Origin: Spirochaetota bacterium
GTDB taxonomy: Bacteria; Spirochaetota; UBA4802; UBA5550
Direction: 5' to 3'
DNA: 54,363 bases
Assembly (NCBI GenBank): GCA_050298055.1
Contig: JBNKTL010000032.1
Span: 1-54,363, forward strand
The translations under genes were made by a program, and so were the position numbers. A model generated the notes under the pieces. That model was not told the origin of the DNA and did no database searches. It was given only the letters and a program-made list of their open reading frames with translations. Every line of letters starts with the position of its first letter. Within the stretch, counting starts at the first letter, position 1. Below, piece by piece: positions 30,454 to 40,719 of the stretch.

Positions 30454-30784
30454 AAACTATGTTGTCAACTGGTCAAACAATGCCATATTTGATCTTAATG
30501 AAATAATTGACTATATAGCTGAAAATAAAAGTATTGATATGGCTTTGGAAAAATCAAATGAAATCCAACAAAATGCGAATAAACTTTATAAATTACCAGA
30601 TAGATACAGACATGTTCCTGAATTACAAAAACATAATATTTTAACATATAGAGAAATCATTGTCACTCCATGGAGAATAATTTATAAAATCGATGAAAAT
30701 ATTGTATGGGTAGAAACTGTGATTGATGGAAGGCGAAATATCGAAGATATTTTACTGAAAAAACTCTTATCTAATAAATTATAA
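30446..30784 (+). CDS. RelE/ParE-family toxin
   Basis: YVVNWS.NA.FDL.EI, VPEL, YREIIVTPWRIIYKI, VIDGRR; overlaps the antitoxin. Confidence 0.9.
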   Translation: MAKNYVVNWSNNAIFDLNEIIDYIAENKSIDMALEKSNEIQQNANKLYKLPDRYRHVPELQKHNILTYREIIVTPWRIIYKIDENIVWVETVIDGRRNIEDILLKKLLSNKL

Positions 30785-30822
30785 TAAATTAAACCTTCAT
30801 AAATTATTTAGAGAATATTCTG

Positions 30823-32428
30823 TTACAGTGTTCCTATTTTTTCCACAACAGTCGCCTCGTAGGGCTCCAGGGTCATTCTGAAATCCGTCAGATGGCTGTT
30901 AACGGAACGATGAGTGGAGAGGAGTACCTTCCACTGGCCCCTGTTGTGTGAATGAATATATTTTTCCCTTGCAGTAAAATTCAGCGCCACAAAGATCTCC
31001 TGATCTTCATGCACCCGGTAGTAGCCAATGACGCCCCTGTGTCCTTTGATGGTCCTTACCCACTTTCCCCGGTGAAGCGCCGGCTTCTCTTTCCTGGTCC
31101 TGATAAGTTTTTTCACAAGGTTCAGGAGTGAGTAATTGTCATCTTTCTGCGTTTCAATGTTTATAGTTTGATAATCGGAACATACGGGAAGCCATGATTT
31201 CCCGGTGGTGAAACCGGCATTGGGATGGGGGGACCATTGCATGGGAGTCCTCGCCGGGTCACGTCCCTGGTAGAAGGGCCAGAAACGTTTTCCCGCGGGG
31301 TCGATAATATCATCCTTCTTTATCTTGTTGTTCTGCATCCCCAGCTCTTCCCCGTAGTAGAGAAAAGGGGTCCCCCTGAGGGTCATGAGAAGGGTCATGG
31401 CCACCATTGCGCGCTTCGTACCGTCCTTTCGTCGGTTGAATCTCCCCCTGCTCCTGGGCTGGTCATGGTTGGAGAGGACATGGCAGGCCCAGCCATCCCG
31501 GAATTGTTTTCATCCATCTCCTTATTGTCTTATAGAAAGACCTTGCATTCCACATCCTGTACATGAGCGAGAAGTCAAAGGCCAGGTGAAGTTCATCTGT
31601 CCCGTTCCCGAGAAAATCCGCGGACATTCCCGGCGACGGGGGAAGGTTAAAGACCTCTCCCACTGCCATTTTCTCGTCATATGAATCGAGTATTTCCCTG
31701 AACTCCCTCATGAGTTCATGGACCCCGGGCCGGTTACGGCCATACTTGTGGTTCCGGAATATCCCGGATATGATCCTCCTGGGGTTGTTCCTGAAATATT
31801 TGTCCTTGATCAGAAAGTTGACCACATCCAGCCTGAACCCGTCCACACCCAGATCCAGCCAGTAACGGACCATCCTGAACATCTCCTTCTTCATATCCCT
31901 ATTCTCCCAGTTGAGGTCCGGCTGTTCTTCAAGGAAAGAGTGGAGATAATATTCCCCCGTAATCCCGTCAAACTTCCATGCAGTCCCGCTGAAAGCGGAT
32001 TCCCAGTTGTTTGGCGGCTTCTTTTCATTGCCAGGGCGCCAGATATACCAGTCCCTTTTCGGGTTATCAACGGATGAGCGTGATTCCATGAACCAGGGAT
32101 GCAGGTGTGAGGTGTGGTTGAGGACCAGGTCCATGATTATCCTGATTCCCCTTTTGTGCGATTCTCTGACCAGCTTTTTAAAATCATCCAGGGTCCCGAA
32201 AACAGGATCTATGTTGTAGTAATCGCTGATGTCGTAACCGAAATCATACATGGGGGAGATATTTACGGGAGATATCCAGATACCGTCGATACCCAGCTCC
32301 TCAAGGTAATCCAGCTTTTCAATGATACCGGGGATATCTCCCACACCATCCCCGTTGGAGTCGTAAAAGCTCCTGGGATAGATCTGGTAAATAACCCCAT
32401 GCTTCCACCAGGTCCATTTCTCTTCCAT
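30823..32428 (-). pseudogene. GH13 alpha-glucosidase split by a frameshift near 31497
   Basis: YQIYPRSF, DLVLNH, DGFRLD in the 5' frame; GWACHVLSNHDQPR and LRGTPFLYYGEELG continue in another frame. Confidence 0.85.
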
Positions 32429-32440
32429 TGATGTTTCCCG

Positions 32441-32566
32441 TCAGATCTCCGGAGGAAGGTCAATCTCTTTCATCATCTTTTCAATGATGGCATCGGCATT
32501 GTATTCCCGGGCGCACTCAAGGGCACGCTCTTTGAACTTCTTTTGCCTGTCCCTGCTCTTGAGATA
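32441..32566 (-). pseudogene. Orphan 3' gene fragment, possibly a glycosyltransferase C-terminus
   Basis: YLKSRDRQKKFKERALECAREYNADAIIEKMMKEIDLPPEI* ends just before the GH13 start; no 5' part. Confidence 0.45.
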
Positions 32567-32569
32567 AGA

Positions 32570-32948
32570 CATCAACACCCTTATAACCTTCACCGTTCAT
32601 GTAAGCGCCGGTGATTGATACCATTTTCATGATATCGGCTTTTACACTGATACCGAGATCCGCGGAAGTATCGATTGAAGTACCGAGAAGGTTCTTTGAC
32701 TTGTCGATAAAATTGTTGTAGATCCACCGGTAATCGGAAACCTTGTCAGCAAGTCCGATGACGGGGGTCCCTATAAGACCGAACTGAGTGGTGAGCGTTG
32801 CGGCCCCTAAATCGTTCTTCGCCTGAAGGTAAGCATTTTTCAGGAAAAAACCATAATAGGGTGTTTCCGTCTCCACATCGTCACCGTTTGAGTCTGTGCC
32901 TTCACTTTTAAGCTGAATCGCATCAGCAGTGATCTTAAAACTAAAGGG
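32570..32948 (-). pseudogene. Internal fragment of a putative outer-membrane beta-barrel/porin gene
   Basis: Frame FSFKITAD...FFLKNAYLQ...QFGLIGTP...DLGIS...MNGEGYK; no signal peptide; upstream stop at 32967-32969; 3' end runs into unrelated sequence. Confidence 0.55.
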
Positions 32949-33232
32949 ATATTCATAGCTGAGTTGTTAGTTTTTCATAAGAAATAACTATGCATGAATG
33001 TGTAGGTAACCGGGATGAAAAACATATGAGCAAATTGTGAAATTATTATAAATTTGGTTAAACAGGTAAAGACCTCGCTGGTTTCCGGAACACTCCATTT
33101 TTTATTATAATAAAAATTTTTATCTTGATGAAAATTGCGTAGAAACTATCATCAGGAAATAACCTGACCGGTGGACCCGGCACTCTTATATCCCACAAGC
33201 CGGACACAATAAAAAATGAATGGAAAAATTAC

Positions 33233-34147
33233 ATGGAAACCTGGCTCAAAGACCCCTTTTTTTTCGGCGAAGAAATTTTAAACACCCTGCATATCTTCGC
33301 GGGAACCTGGCTCGACACTTTCATGGCCACAGTAACGAAACTGGGCAGCCAGATGTTCTATGTGATCATTCTGCCCATAGCCTACTGGACCGGGGATAAA
33401 AAGACCACCCTGAAAATCGGCGCCGTCTTTCTTATCTCCGCAGTCTTTAATGATTTTTTCAAAGAGCTCTACAACAACCCCCGTCCCGACCCCGCCGGTC
33501 TCTTAGACGGGATCAAGGAGCTGAACCGCACTTATATCCCCCGCAACAGCCCCGGGTTTCCCAGCGGTCATACCCAGGGAGCCGTTACCTTCTGGGGATC
33601 TGCCTTTGCTTATATCAAGTGGAAGCCTTTACGTGTTCTCGCGGTCCTCCTGATCCTCCTTATCCCTTATTCTCGGATGTACCTGGGTGTCCACTACCTG
33701 GGTGATGTCATTGGCGGTTTCCTCATAGGGGGGATTCTTCTTGCCCTGCTCATCCCCCTCAACGGGCTGGCGGAAAGGAGATGGCAGGACATTCCCGGCA
33801 TGATTATTATCTTCACCATGACCGTATTGCCCCTTCTCCTGCTCTTTATTCTGCCGGGGAAGACACTCTCCCAGCCGCTGGCAGTCCTTTCATCAATGGT
33901 CTGCGGGGCATATATTGCCCATGACCGGATCGTGTTTTCACCGAAGAGCGGACCTGCTGCCGCGGCGGTCAAGGTCATCCTGGGACTGGCGGTAATCATG
34001 GTTCTTAAGGCCGGTCTGAAACCCCTGCTTCCCGCGAACACAGTGGGAGGGTACTTCAGGTACTGGCTCATCGGCTTTTGGGTCACCTTCGGGGCCCCCC
34101 TTCTTTTCAGCCGCTTTGCCTTTCTCCGGGGGGAAGGATCTCAGTGA
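33233..34147 (+). CDS. PAP2-family membrane phosphatase
   Basis: K..YNNPRP, FPSGH, SRMYLGVHYLGDV. Confidence 0.92.
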   Translation: METWLKDPFFFGEEILNTLHIFAGTWLDTFMATVTKLGSQMFYVIILPIAYWTGDKKTTLKIGAVFLISAVFNDFFKELYNNPRPDPAGLLDGIKELNRTYIPRNSPGFPSGHTQGAVTFWGSAFAYIKWKPLRVLAVLLILLIPYSRMYLGVHYLGDVIGGFLIGGILLALLIPLNGLAERRWQDIPGMIIIFTMTVLPLLLLFILPGKTLSQPLAVLSSMVCGAYIAHDRIVFSPKSGPAAAAVKVILGLAVIMVLKAGLKPLLPANTVGGYFRYWLIGFWVTFGAPLLFSRFAFLRGEGSQ

Positions 34148-34268
34148 GATTTAACTCTCCCTTGCTGAACATTGCGGCCTTCACCGGGCATGATTGAAAA
34201 TCCGGGATGGGACCGGATGCATGGTTTTGATAAAAATTTCGTACTCTTTGGGTTTTATCGGAGTTTTT

Positions 34269-34715
34269 TCAGGTTTTTTTGTTTTGTGTTTCCATCATTG
34301 TGATAAATACGAGAATACTGCCTACTATTTCAGAAATATAAACATAACCTCTTGTATAGTTATCTATATTTTTTGCACTATTTCCTGAATTACTTAAATC
34401 ATTTACTAATTCATCAAGATAATTAATAATGGCAAAAGCAACAAACCAAGAAACGGAAAACTTAAAATGTCTCCTCAAATCAAGGACCTTCTCATAGAAT
34501 ACAGGCTCAAGGTTGATATGTTCAATTTTCCAGACTCTCTCCGGACCGCCATCCTGGTACTTCACTGTTTTACCGGGTTGAGGAACAAAGCTGTTTTTCT
34601 TAATGATCCGTGATATTAAGAGTTTGATCAGTTCATCCTTTGTCAGATCAACTTCAGCCATGGCTTCTCTCAGCTTTAAGATCAGTAATGTGTCTGCATT
34701 AATAGTCGTTCTCAT
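34269..34715 (-). CDS. DUF1564-like spirochaetal protein
   Basis: KTVKYQ...W...DLRRHFKFSVSWFVAFAI pattern; start uncertain. Confidence 0.55.
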   Translation of the reverse strand: MRTTINADTLLILKLREAMAEVDLTKDELIKLLISRIIKKNSFVPQPGKTVKYQDGGPERVWKIEHINLEPVFYEKVLDLRRHFKFSVSWFVAFAIINYLDELVNDLSNSGNSAKNIDNYTRGYVYISEIVGSILVFITMMETQNKKT

Positions 34716-35242
34716 ATTATCCATCCTCTCATTGTAAAATGCGGGAATAGAGTTATTCTTCCCAAACATTAATACGATTGAGGAGTAGGATTAATTAAAA
34801 CTTTTTACAAAAAAAAATTCATGTTATAATTTCCTAGAATTTTATTCATACCTTCTACCTCCTGGCATAAAAGCATTTACACATTTGCCCGGAGGCTACT
34901 CTGTCCCCTGAAATTCCAAATTCCAATTTCTCATAACAGATATGACAGGAATAAATTTTTTAAAGGAAATCCGTGAACGGGGAGTAGCGGAACAGTGAAG
35001 ATTCAATGGTTTCGCAATGGAAAGACTGGAGATGGCAGGTTAAAATTCTATTAAAGAAAATGACCGCATGAAGCTGTCCCCTTTCTCACGTTCCTGAATG
35101 CATTGATAAATTCTCCGGGGGAATAGACCGCCAGGAGAATTAATATTGTTGGAATAAATGTCAATATAATAGATGGGGCGTCAAAAAACACAAGACATGA
35201 GCCCCGGGGAGTTCCGGTTTTTTTTATTTTTCAGGCAGCCGG

Positions 35243-36733
35243 TTACTCGGAAATTTCCGCATCACCGAGTATCTGGTCAATAAACTCGGATCTGATCTGG
35301 AGCAGGTAACTCAAAACATAGAGAACATCAACTTCATCCTGATCAATGTTTCCATCAGCATAGGTGATGACCGACAGGTCCCTCAGGATATTCAATTTCT
35401 GTATGGGTGAGAGCAGAAGGTTCAGCTTTGCCGAGAGTTCCTCCAACTCCTCCTGAATAGCATCACGGTCATTCCCCTTTTCCTGTACTGTTTTCAGGCA
35501 TTCCGCGAACAACTCCGGGGAGATGAGCGTGCTCAACGCCTGGAGTTCGGAATCAAGGATCTGGCCGTCAGCCAGGGTGATCATGTATCCCGCCATAAAC
35601 ATGAAATGCTGGATAAGGCTGCCTGTTTCCGATTCTTCGGAAAGGTAATTGGGTTCCATCAGGGAAAGAATGTTCTTTATTTTGTTTTCCATCTCCTCTT
35701 CCGTCAGGTCTCCCCCCGGCCTGTTCAGGAGACTGTAATAGGTTTCGCTGTTATTGAAAAGCTCCAGGGCCTTAATACGGAGAGGACTGAAGGGATGACT
35801 GGTATACCAGTCCTCCGGATCAAGATCGGAGCTGGAGAGAATGTCTTCGAGGTCCACAAACTGCTTCAGGTATTCGGGCATTTGAAAATCCAGGGAATCG
35901 GAGGTTACCCCGGAAGACAGTTTAAAGAATGTTCTGGCGGCTGCGTCATAGCTCTGGCAGCATAACAGCCCGATACGGTCCGCACTGACCTCCGAGTTTC
36001 TGTTCCACGCGAAGAGTTTCATGGCATGCAGAGGCGACAGTTCATCACCGCCCGCTTCCATGATGTGGTTGGCAGGGTAGCTGAAATGATCAAACAGGAC
36101 ATGGCCGATTTCATGACCGATAACAAAAGTCAGCTCATCTTCCCTGAATTTTTCCAGAATACTTGAAGTCAAAATGATATATAAACGGCCGGGATCAGGG
36201 GGATAGCAGGACGCGTTGAAGAGATCGCTTTGATAGACATAAAATTCGATGGAAGCCTTCAAACCGAGAATTTCTTTACATTTGTCCCCGATCCTGTACA
36301 AGGCGGGAGCCAGTACCGGGGTCAATCGAAGACTGGTTTTAAGCAGGTGTTTTCGAGATTGAAAAACCGGGTTGTTCTCTTTAATTATCCGCAGGGAATT
36401 TTGTATGCCCGGGTCCTGCCTGAACTCAATAACATAATCACGGTCACCGTCATAGACTGTTTTATCCAGATCAAGGGTGCATTGCTCCCGGTTATAGACA
36501 GACCCGGCCTGCAGATCCGAACCCTTCAGGAGAGCAAGATGTTTCCGGTAATTGCCGTCCAGGTCTTTGATAGCTGTCTGCATATTTTCAGTAAGCTGCC
36601 GGACCGTGTCAAACCGGCCCTGTTGCTGAGCGGCAGAAATTTTGCCGGTAAATTCATCCTTAACTGCGGACACTTTTTCATTATATTCATTCAGCAGTTC
36701 ATCCGGTGTATTCGAAACAAACCTGGTATTCAT
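35243..36733 (-). CDS. M48-family zinc metallopeptidase with a C-terminal TerB-like domain
   Basis: NA, FVIGHEIGH (HExxH), EVSADR.G, SHP...RI; ADGQILDSE and ADGNIDQDE TerB-type repeats; RBS upstream of ATG 36733. Confidence 0.85.
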   Translation of the reverse strand: MNTRFVSNTPDELLNEYNEKVSAVKDEFTGKISAAQQQGRFDTVRQLTENMQTAIKDLDGNYRKHLALLKGSDLQAGSVYNREQCTLDLDKTVYDGDRDYVIEFRQDPGIQNSLRIIKENNPVFQSRKHLLKTSLRLTPVLAPALYRIGDKCKEILGLKASIEFYVYQSDLFNASCYPPDPGRLYIILTSSILEKFREDELTFVIGHEIGHVLFDHFSYPANHIMEAGGDELSPLHAMKLFAWNRNSEVSADRIGLLCCQSYDAAARTFFKLSSGVTSDSLDFQMPEYLKQFVDLEDILSSSDLDPEDWYTSHPFSPLRIKALELFNNSETYYSLLNRPGGDLTEEEMENKIKNILSLMEPNYLSEESETGSLIQHFMFMAGYMITLADGQILDSELQALSTLISPELFAECLKTVQEKGNDRDAIQEELEELSAKLNLLLSPIQKLNILRDLSVITYADGNIDQDEVDVLYVLSYLLQIRSEFIDQILGDAEISE

Positions 36734-36998
36734 ATGAACAGACACTCCCCTGGTAAATAAAACAGCCTGGAAAACCATCAAAAGAGGTTTTTCAAGGCAA
36801 CATAGTTAGATAAAAAAAATACAGTAAAGAGTTCCTGTCAATAAATAACCGGGTGCTCTGACCCCCGCAGCTCCCTAACGGCATCTCTACCGGTATGAAC
36901 GGCACTTTTTTCACGGAATTCAGATTAAACCGGTAAAATCCGGATCACAATCCCGAAAATACTTGCAAAAATTGTATCTCTTCACCCTTTTTAGTAAT

Positions 36999-37952
36999 AT
37001 GAGAATAGACAGGCTCCTCTCCATAACCGTTATGCTTCTCAACAGGGACCGCATCCCCGCACGGGAACTGGCGAAGAAGTTCGAGGTCTCGATAAGGACC
37101 ATCTACAGGGACATAGACGCCATTAACCTGGCGGGAATACCGGTGATATCCTACCCCGGTAACAACGGGGGGTTCGGGATCATGGAGAACTACCGTATGG
37201 ACCGCCAGGTCCTCTCCCTTCCGGATATCCTTGCCGTTCTCACCGCCCTCAAGGGGATAAACGCCGCCCTGGAGAACAGGGAGCTGGACAACGCCATTAA
37301 CAAGATCTCCAGTATTGTCCCCCGGGGGAAAACCACCGGGACCGGGAACTTCGGGGAACAGCTGGTTATCGATATCCTCCCCTGGGGAACGGGAAAAAAG
37401 GAGAAGGAAAAGCTGCAGGTAGTCAACAGGGCCGTTTCCAACTGTAATTTTCTGGATTTTGAATATATGAACACCCGGGGTGAAAAAAACCACCGCACGG
37501 TTGAGCCCATGACGCTTATCTTCAAGGGACACGCCTGGTATCTCTTTGCCTGGTGCTGCCTCAGAAGAGATTACCGGCTTTTCAAGGTCTCCCGGATGAG
37601 AAAACCGGTCCCCCTGGAGCGGGAATTTATCAGGCGAAGCGGCGGTTATGAGGAGTTCTTTTCTTCAGGAGAACAACAGGTAAAAACGGTCCACCTGGTC
37701 CTGAAGTTCTTCCCCGGCGCCGCCCCCCGGGTTGAAGAGTACTTTGAGCCGGAACAGATCACACGGCTTTCCGGGGGAGAATTGCTGGTAAATGTCACCT
37801 TTCCCGACAACCAGTGGATCACCTCCTTTCTCCTCAGCTTCGGCGAACAGGTTGAAGTCCTGGAGCCGGTCCCTCTCAGGAAAAAAATCGCGGAAAAGGC
37901 AAAAAAAATATCCGTCCTCTACAAACATGACACAGGGTTGTCACAGGAATAG
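36999..37952 (+). CDS. YafY-family HTH-WYL-WCX transcriptional regulator
   Basis: ELAKKFEVSIRTIYRDI, RTVEP, AWYL.AWC..R.DYRLFKVSRM, FGEQVEVLEP. Confidence 0.95.
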   Translation: MRIDRLLSITVMLLNRDRIPARELAKKFEVSIRTIYRDIDAINLAGIPVISYPGNNGGFGIMENYRMDRQVLSLPDILAVLTALKGINAALENRELDNAINKISSIVPRGKTTGTGNFGEQLVIDILPWGTGKKEKEKLQVVNRAVSNCNFLDFEYMNTRGEKNHRTVEPMTLIFKGHAWYLFAWCCLRRDYRLFKVSRMRKPVPLEREFIRRSGGYEEFFSSGEQQVKTVHLVLKFFPGAAPRVEEYFEPEQITRLSGGELLVNVTFPDNQWITSFLLSFGEQVEVLEPVPLRKKIAEKAKKISVLYKHDTGLSQE

Positions 37953-37960
37953 TTTATAAT
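37928..37960 (+). promoter_or_regulatory. Putative WYL-regulator site with a -10 box
   Basis: TGACA-N6-TGTCA (37928-37943) followed by TATAAT (37955-37960). Confidence 0.65.
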
Positions 37961-37993
37961 AAAGGCAAATACATTCAATAGAGGAGAAACACC

Positions 37994-38127
37994 ATGAACA
38001 AAAATTTTTGCCTCTCCCGCGGGATTCCCATTACGGGAGAAGAGGGAAAGGATTACCGGGGTGACTACTGCGCCCACTGCACCCAGACCATTACATGTCA
38101 GCCATGCCCGCCTGGGCGGATGAATAA
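37994..38127 (+). pseudogene. Internally deleted zinc-ribbon (Zn_ribbon_2-like) gene
   Basis: GAGGAG RBS; MNKNFCLSRGIP...DYCAHCT, then a frame switch to HYMSAMPAWADE*. Confidence 0.6.
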
Positions 38128-38150
38128 ACCTCAGTGAGAGGAGATAAATA

Positions 38151-38501
38151 ATGAGAGAAATTACAGCAGATAAAAACATGGTAGCTTACTGTGGTCTCTA
38201 TTGTGGCGCTTGTAAAAGATACTTAAGTGAAAAATGTCCCGGCTGCAGGGAGAACGAGAAAGCCAGCTGGTGCAAAGTCCGCAGCTGTAACATTGAAAAC
38301 GGTTACAACAACTGTTCGGAATGCCAAAAGTATACCGATGTCAATGAATGCGGGTACTTCAATAACTTCATCTCCCGGATCTTTTCCTTCATTTTCCGGT
38401 CCGACCGGAAGCGGTGCGTTGAGTATATCGGGAAGAACGGTCCCGAAACATTCGCCCGGCTCATGGCGGAGGAGGGGAGGCAGAGTTTTAAGAGAGGGTA
38501 A
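38151..38501 (+). CDS. DUF3795-domain Cys-rich protein
   Basis: AYCGLYCGAC...CPGC...CKVRSC....NNCSEC; GAGGAG RBS. Confidence 0.88.
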   Translation: MREITADKNMVAYCGLYCGACKRYLSEKCPGCRENEKASWCKVRSCNIENGYNNCSECQKYTDVNECGYFNNFISRIFSFIFRSDRKRCVEYIGKNGPETFARLMAEEGRQSFKRG

Positions 38502-38759
38502 ATACCCGGAACAGTTCCCCCCCTGCGGGGGGACTGCACTTCATTCTCAGGCATGAAAAAGGCAATAAACATTTTATCTCCGGGACGATAAACAAAATCA
38601 ACCACAGCCCCGTAACAATTATTGTAACACAAAATTAATAAAAAGTACTTACACAGAATAAAAGATTCATCATAATGACCCAAGCCGGGTATAACCTGAA
38701 TATTATTAAACATATAACCGGCTGAAAACAATCCATCCATGAACAAACAGGAGTTATCT

Positions 38760-39275
38760 ATGAAAACTTATACGCGCTTAACACTCCTCCTGGTACCGGT
38801 ACTGTTATTTTCCTGCTCGGGAAGGACAAAACTGGTAAAGGAATTAAACCGGAAAACCCCCGTACACTTCGACGGGAATTATCAACCGGAAAAGAACAAA
38901 CAGGGCGGTTACGATTACTTTTTTTATCTTGATAAAGGGGACAGGATACCTTTTAAGGTTACCCTGGATACGGCGTACCTTGACTTATCTGAAAAACAGG
39001 TCCATCTCGTTTTAAAAAAAAGACTCTATTTTTTTATGAGGACTCCGGTTAAAATAAGCGAAATGGGGAAATCAAAGATGAGTGATAAAGAGAAGGCGCA
39101 ATTGTTTAAAAAAATAATCATCTACATCAGCCCCGATGGGAAACAATGGGTCACATTTCGAGAACACAGGTCCCTGAAAAAGATTTTTGGAATAAAAGGG
39201 GGGGCCATATCCGTGGGTATGGGAACGTCAAAAGAGTCAGGAATTAATGGCACTCTGAGTATATTGATGAAATAA
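38760..39275 (+). CDS. Hypothetical lipoprotein
   Basis: MKTYTRLTLLLVPVLLFSC lipobox; CAGGAG RBS. Confidence 0.75.
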   Translation: MKTYTRLTLLLVPVLLFSCSGRTKLVKELNRKTPVHFDGNYQPEKNKQGGYDYFFYLDKGDRIPFKVTLDTAYLDLSEKQVHLVLKKRLYFFMRTPVKISEMGKSKMSDKEKAQLFKKIIIYISPDGKQWVTFREHRSLKKIFGIKGGAISVGMGTSKESGINGTLSILMK

Positions 39276-39287
39276 AGAAAAAACTAT

Positions 39288-39374
39288 CGGAGGAGGTGGG
39301 ATTCGAACCCACGGTGAGCATACGCCCACAACAGATTTCGAGTCTGTCTCCTTCGACCACTCGGACACCCCTCC
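39288..39374 (-). tRNA. tRNA-Ser(CGA)
   Basis: GGAGGGGTGTCCGAGTGGTCGAAGGAGACAGACT-CGA-AATCTGT...GTTCGAATCCCACCTCCTCCG; long variable arm. Confidence 0.97.
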
Positions 39375-39384
39375 ATGAGATCAA

Positions 39385-40503
39385 CTACTCATCAACAACG
39401 ATGAACTCGACCCTCCTGTTTTTCGCCCTTCCCGCTTTGGTCTTGTTGTTGGCGATGGGACGACTCTCGCCGTAACCCACAACCTGGAGCTGCTCCGTCT
39501 GGATGCCCTTGCTGTAGAAGTAGTTCTTTATTGCTTCGGCCCGTTTCAGGGAGAGGGCCTGGTTATCGGAATCATTTCCCCTGTCATCAGTATGACCTTC
39601 TATCCTTATGACAACATCCCTCTCAAGGAGAACCTTGTAGATCTTATCAAGTTCCGGGTATGAAGACTTAAGGATATCGGAACTCCCCACCTTGAAGTTG
39701 ATCTTATCGCTTATCAGGAGCACCTCTTCGGAATGGATAGAATTGAGTATTGACCGGAGTTTTAAGAGTTCCTCCTCGGTGAGTTCTTCGGTATCTCCCG
39801 GAGCATTGCCCTGGTCCACCACCACCCTGTTCTGGTTGGCAAGAAGAACGCTTTTGCCGCTGATATCGGGATTCTTCACCTCAGTGATCCCCGAAAGCGA
39901 ATAGACCGATGTTGAAACCATTTTTTCCGGCTCTTTTACAACATCTTCTTCCTTTTCCCCGGATGGCTTTTTATTTTTCTTTTTATTTTTCTTCTGCCCT
40001 TTCTTTTTGTTCTTCTTATCGGCTTCCGCTTCTTCTATCTTCTCCATGACACTGAAGCCGAGCTCTGTTCCCCTCACAGACGCCACAACAGTAGGTGTGG
40101 TTACCCTTATGTTATGATTTTTATAGATCTTTTCGAACTTCCCGTACAGGGACCCCTTCTTCACATTCAGGAGCATGTTTTTGATTGTCAGGCTGTCCAG
40201 CTTGACCAGGCTGTCAGAGGTCAACCTGATTGCCATGGCAGAAGTAAACCGTATGTCAATCAGGGAATCCTTTCCTGTCCTGATCTCATCTCCCATGCTT
40301 AACTTTTCACCCACGATGGCGATCTTCCACTTGTCATTGCCATCTTCCCTGTAGTGGACTTTCCCCGTGACAAAGGTGATCTTTGGATCTTCATGGACAA
40401 GCACGGGAAGCCTCACCATCATCCTGTCAGTCAGGAGCATATATCCGGCAATCCCGGCAAGGGGAATTATGACAAGAAGGAACAATTTAACCGAGTTTTT
40501 CAT
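39385..40503 (-). CDS. FecR-domain plus OmpA-like peptidoglycan-binding protein
   Basis: GDEIRTG, TPTVVASVRGT; IEGHTD, NQALSLKRA, GYGESRP, RAKNRRVEF. Confidence 0.9.
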   Translation of the reverse strand: MKNSVKLFLLVIIPLAGIAGYMLLTDRMMVRLPVLVHEDPKITFVTGKVHYREDGNDKWKIAIVGEKLSMGDEIRTGKDSLIDIRFTSAMAIRLTSDSLVKLDSLTIKNMLLNVKKGSLYGKFEKIYKNHNIRVTTPTVVASVRGTELGFSVMEKIEEAEADKKNKKKGQKKNKKKNKKPSGEKEEDVVKEPEKMVSTSVYSLSGITEVKNPDISGKSVLLANQNRVVVDQGNAPGDTEELTEEELLKLRSILNSIHSEEVLLISDKINFKVGSSDILKSSYPELDKIYKVLLERDVVIRIEGHTDDRGNDSDNQALSLKRAEAIKNYFYSKGIQTEQLQVVGYGESRPIANNKTKAGRAKNRRVEFIVVDE

Positions 40504-40589
40504 AGTATTCACCTGGAGTATTTTCTCTGATTTGAACTCCAACTATCCAATAAAGGTTTTTTAAAATCAAGTCATTTTCATCACATGTT

Positions 40590-40705
40590 GAATTATTTAG
40601 TAACTGATAGAAAAATATTTACATTATTAAAAACTTAACAAGTATGTCCCCGCCGCCTTCGGCGGCGGGGACATACATATTGCTGCTATTTTATTAATAT
40701 AAGAC
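40590..40705 (+). mobile_element. MITE-like repeat, degenerate copy
   Basis: tatgtccccgccgcc-ttc-ggcggcggggacata followed by tattgctgctattttatta; ends eroded. Confidence 0.65.
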
Positions 40706-40719
40706 CGGACCATCCGTTA

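Noticed and set aside
34880..35100. Possible decayed tyrosine-transposase remnant (two ctgtcccct motifs, WKDWRW-like peptide)
   Set aside because: Too degenerate to support by eye; needs blastx
39288..39374. tRNA-Ser or tRNA-Leu as an island integration site
   Set aside because: No duplicated tRNA 3' end or integrase seen in the window
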